From IMG/VR virus record IMGVR_UViG_3300045988_180880, positions 192,001 to 256,000 of that record: a stretch of DNA of 64,000 nt; one strand, given 5' to 3'. Below, in pieces: positions 63,997 to 64,000 of this stretch. Position 1 is the first letter of the stretch. Every line of letters starts with the position of its first letter. The stretch comes from a virus. Under the pieces are notes generated by a model that worked only from the letters and a program-made list of their open reading frames with translations, made no database searches and was not told where the DNA came from. The position numbers and the translations under genes were made by a program.

Positions 63997-64000
63997 TCAT

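Overview
Gene-dense, AT-rich window that reads as part of a large tailed dsDNA phage genome. I saw no rRNA, tRNA or CRISPR array. Left arm (821-33869, + strand): an SF2 helicase-like gene, a metallophosphoesterase, an AAA+ ATPase with a HExxH/vWA partner, RNase H, then a tail-fibre block. That block holds a 2883-aa repeat-built fibre, a duplicated adaptor+fibre module, a fibre with an S74 chaperone tip, a third fibre, and a lysis-type cassette (lipoprotein, holin-like protein, papain-type C1 peptidase). Middle (33923-44431): accessory genes, a second AAA+/HExxH-vWA pair (CobS/CobT-like), and two ~0.7 kb modules (34945-35638 and 39628-40335). Each module is bounded by inverted copies of a shared core, TAAACGTTCCTTTAA. 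The core opens convergent ~110-codon cassettes that lack start codons and all begin NVPL(N/S)Q. This is my main candidate for an undescribed invertible or shufflon-type variation system; no recombinase is visible in the window. Right arm: a paralogue of the helicase-like gene with a co-duplicated 5' leader, small membrane proteins, and a minus-strand nucleotide-metabolism cluster (thioredoxin-like, HAD-like, phosphoesterase, KilA-N, nrdG). In that cluster nrdD is split into 5 exons by four group I introns. Two introns carry HNH homing endonucleases, and one is only ~160 nt and sits at the glycyl-radical codon. Genes generally lack Shine-Dalgarno sequences, and a recurrent CCTTAnnnnTG motif (like the TAnnTTTG -7 box) lies upstream of many of them. 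Both points suggest a Bacteroidota-type host; this is inference. All coordinates were derived by eye; exon/intron and repeat boundaries may be off by a few nt.
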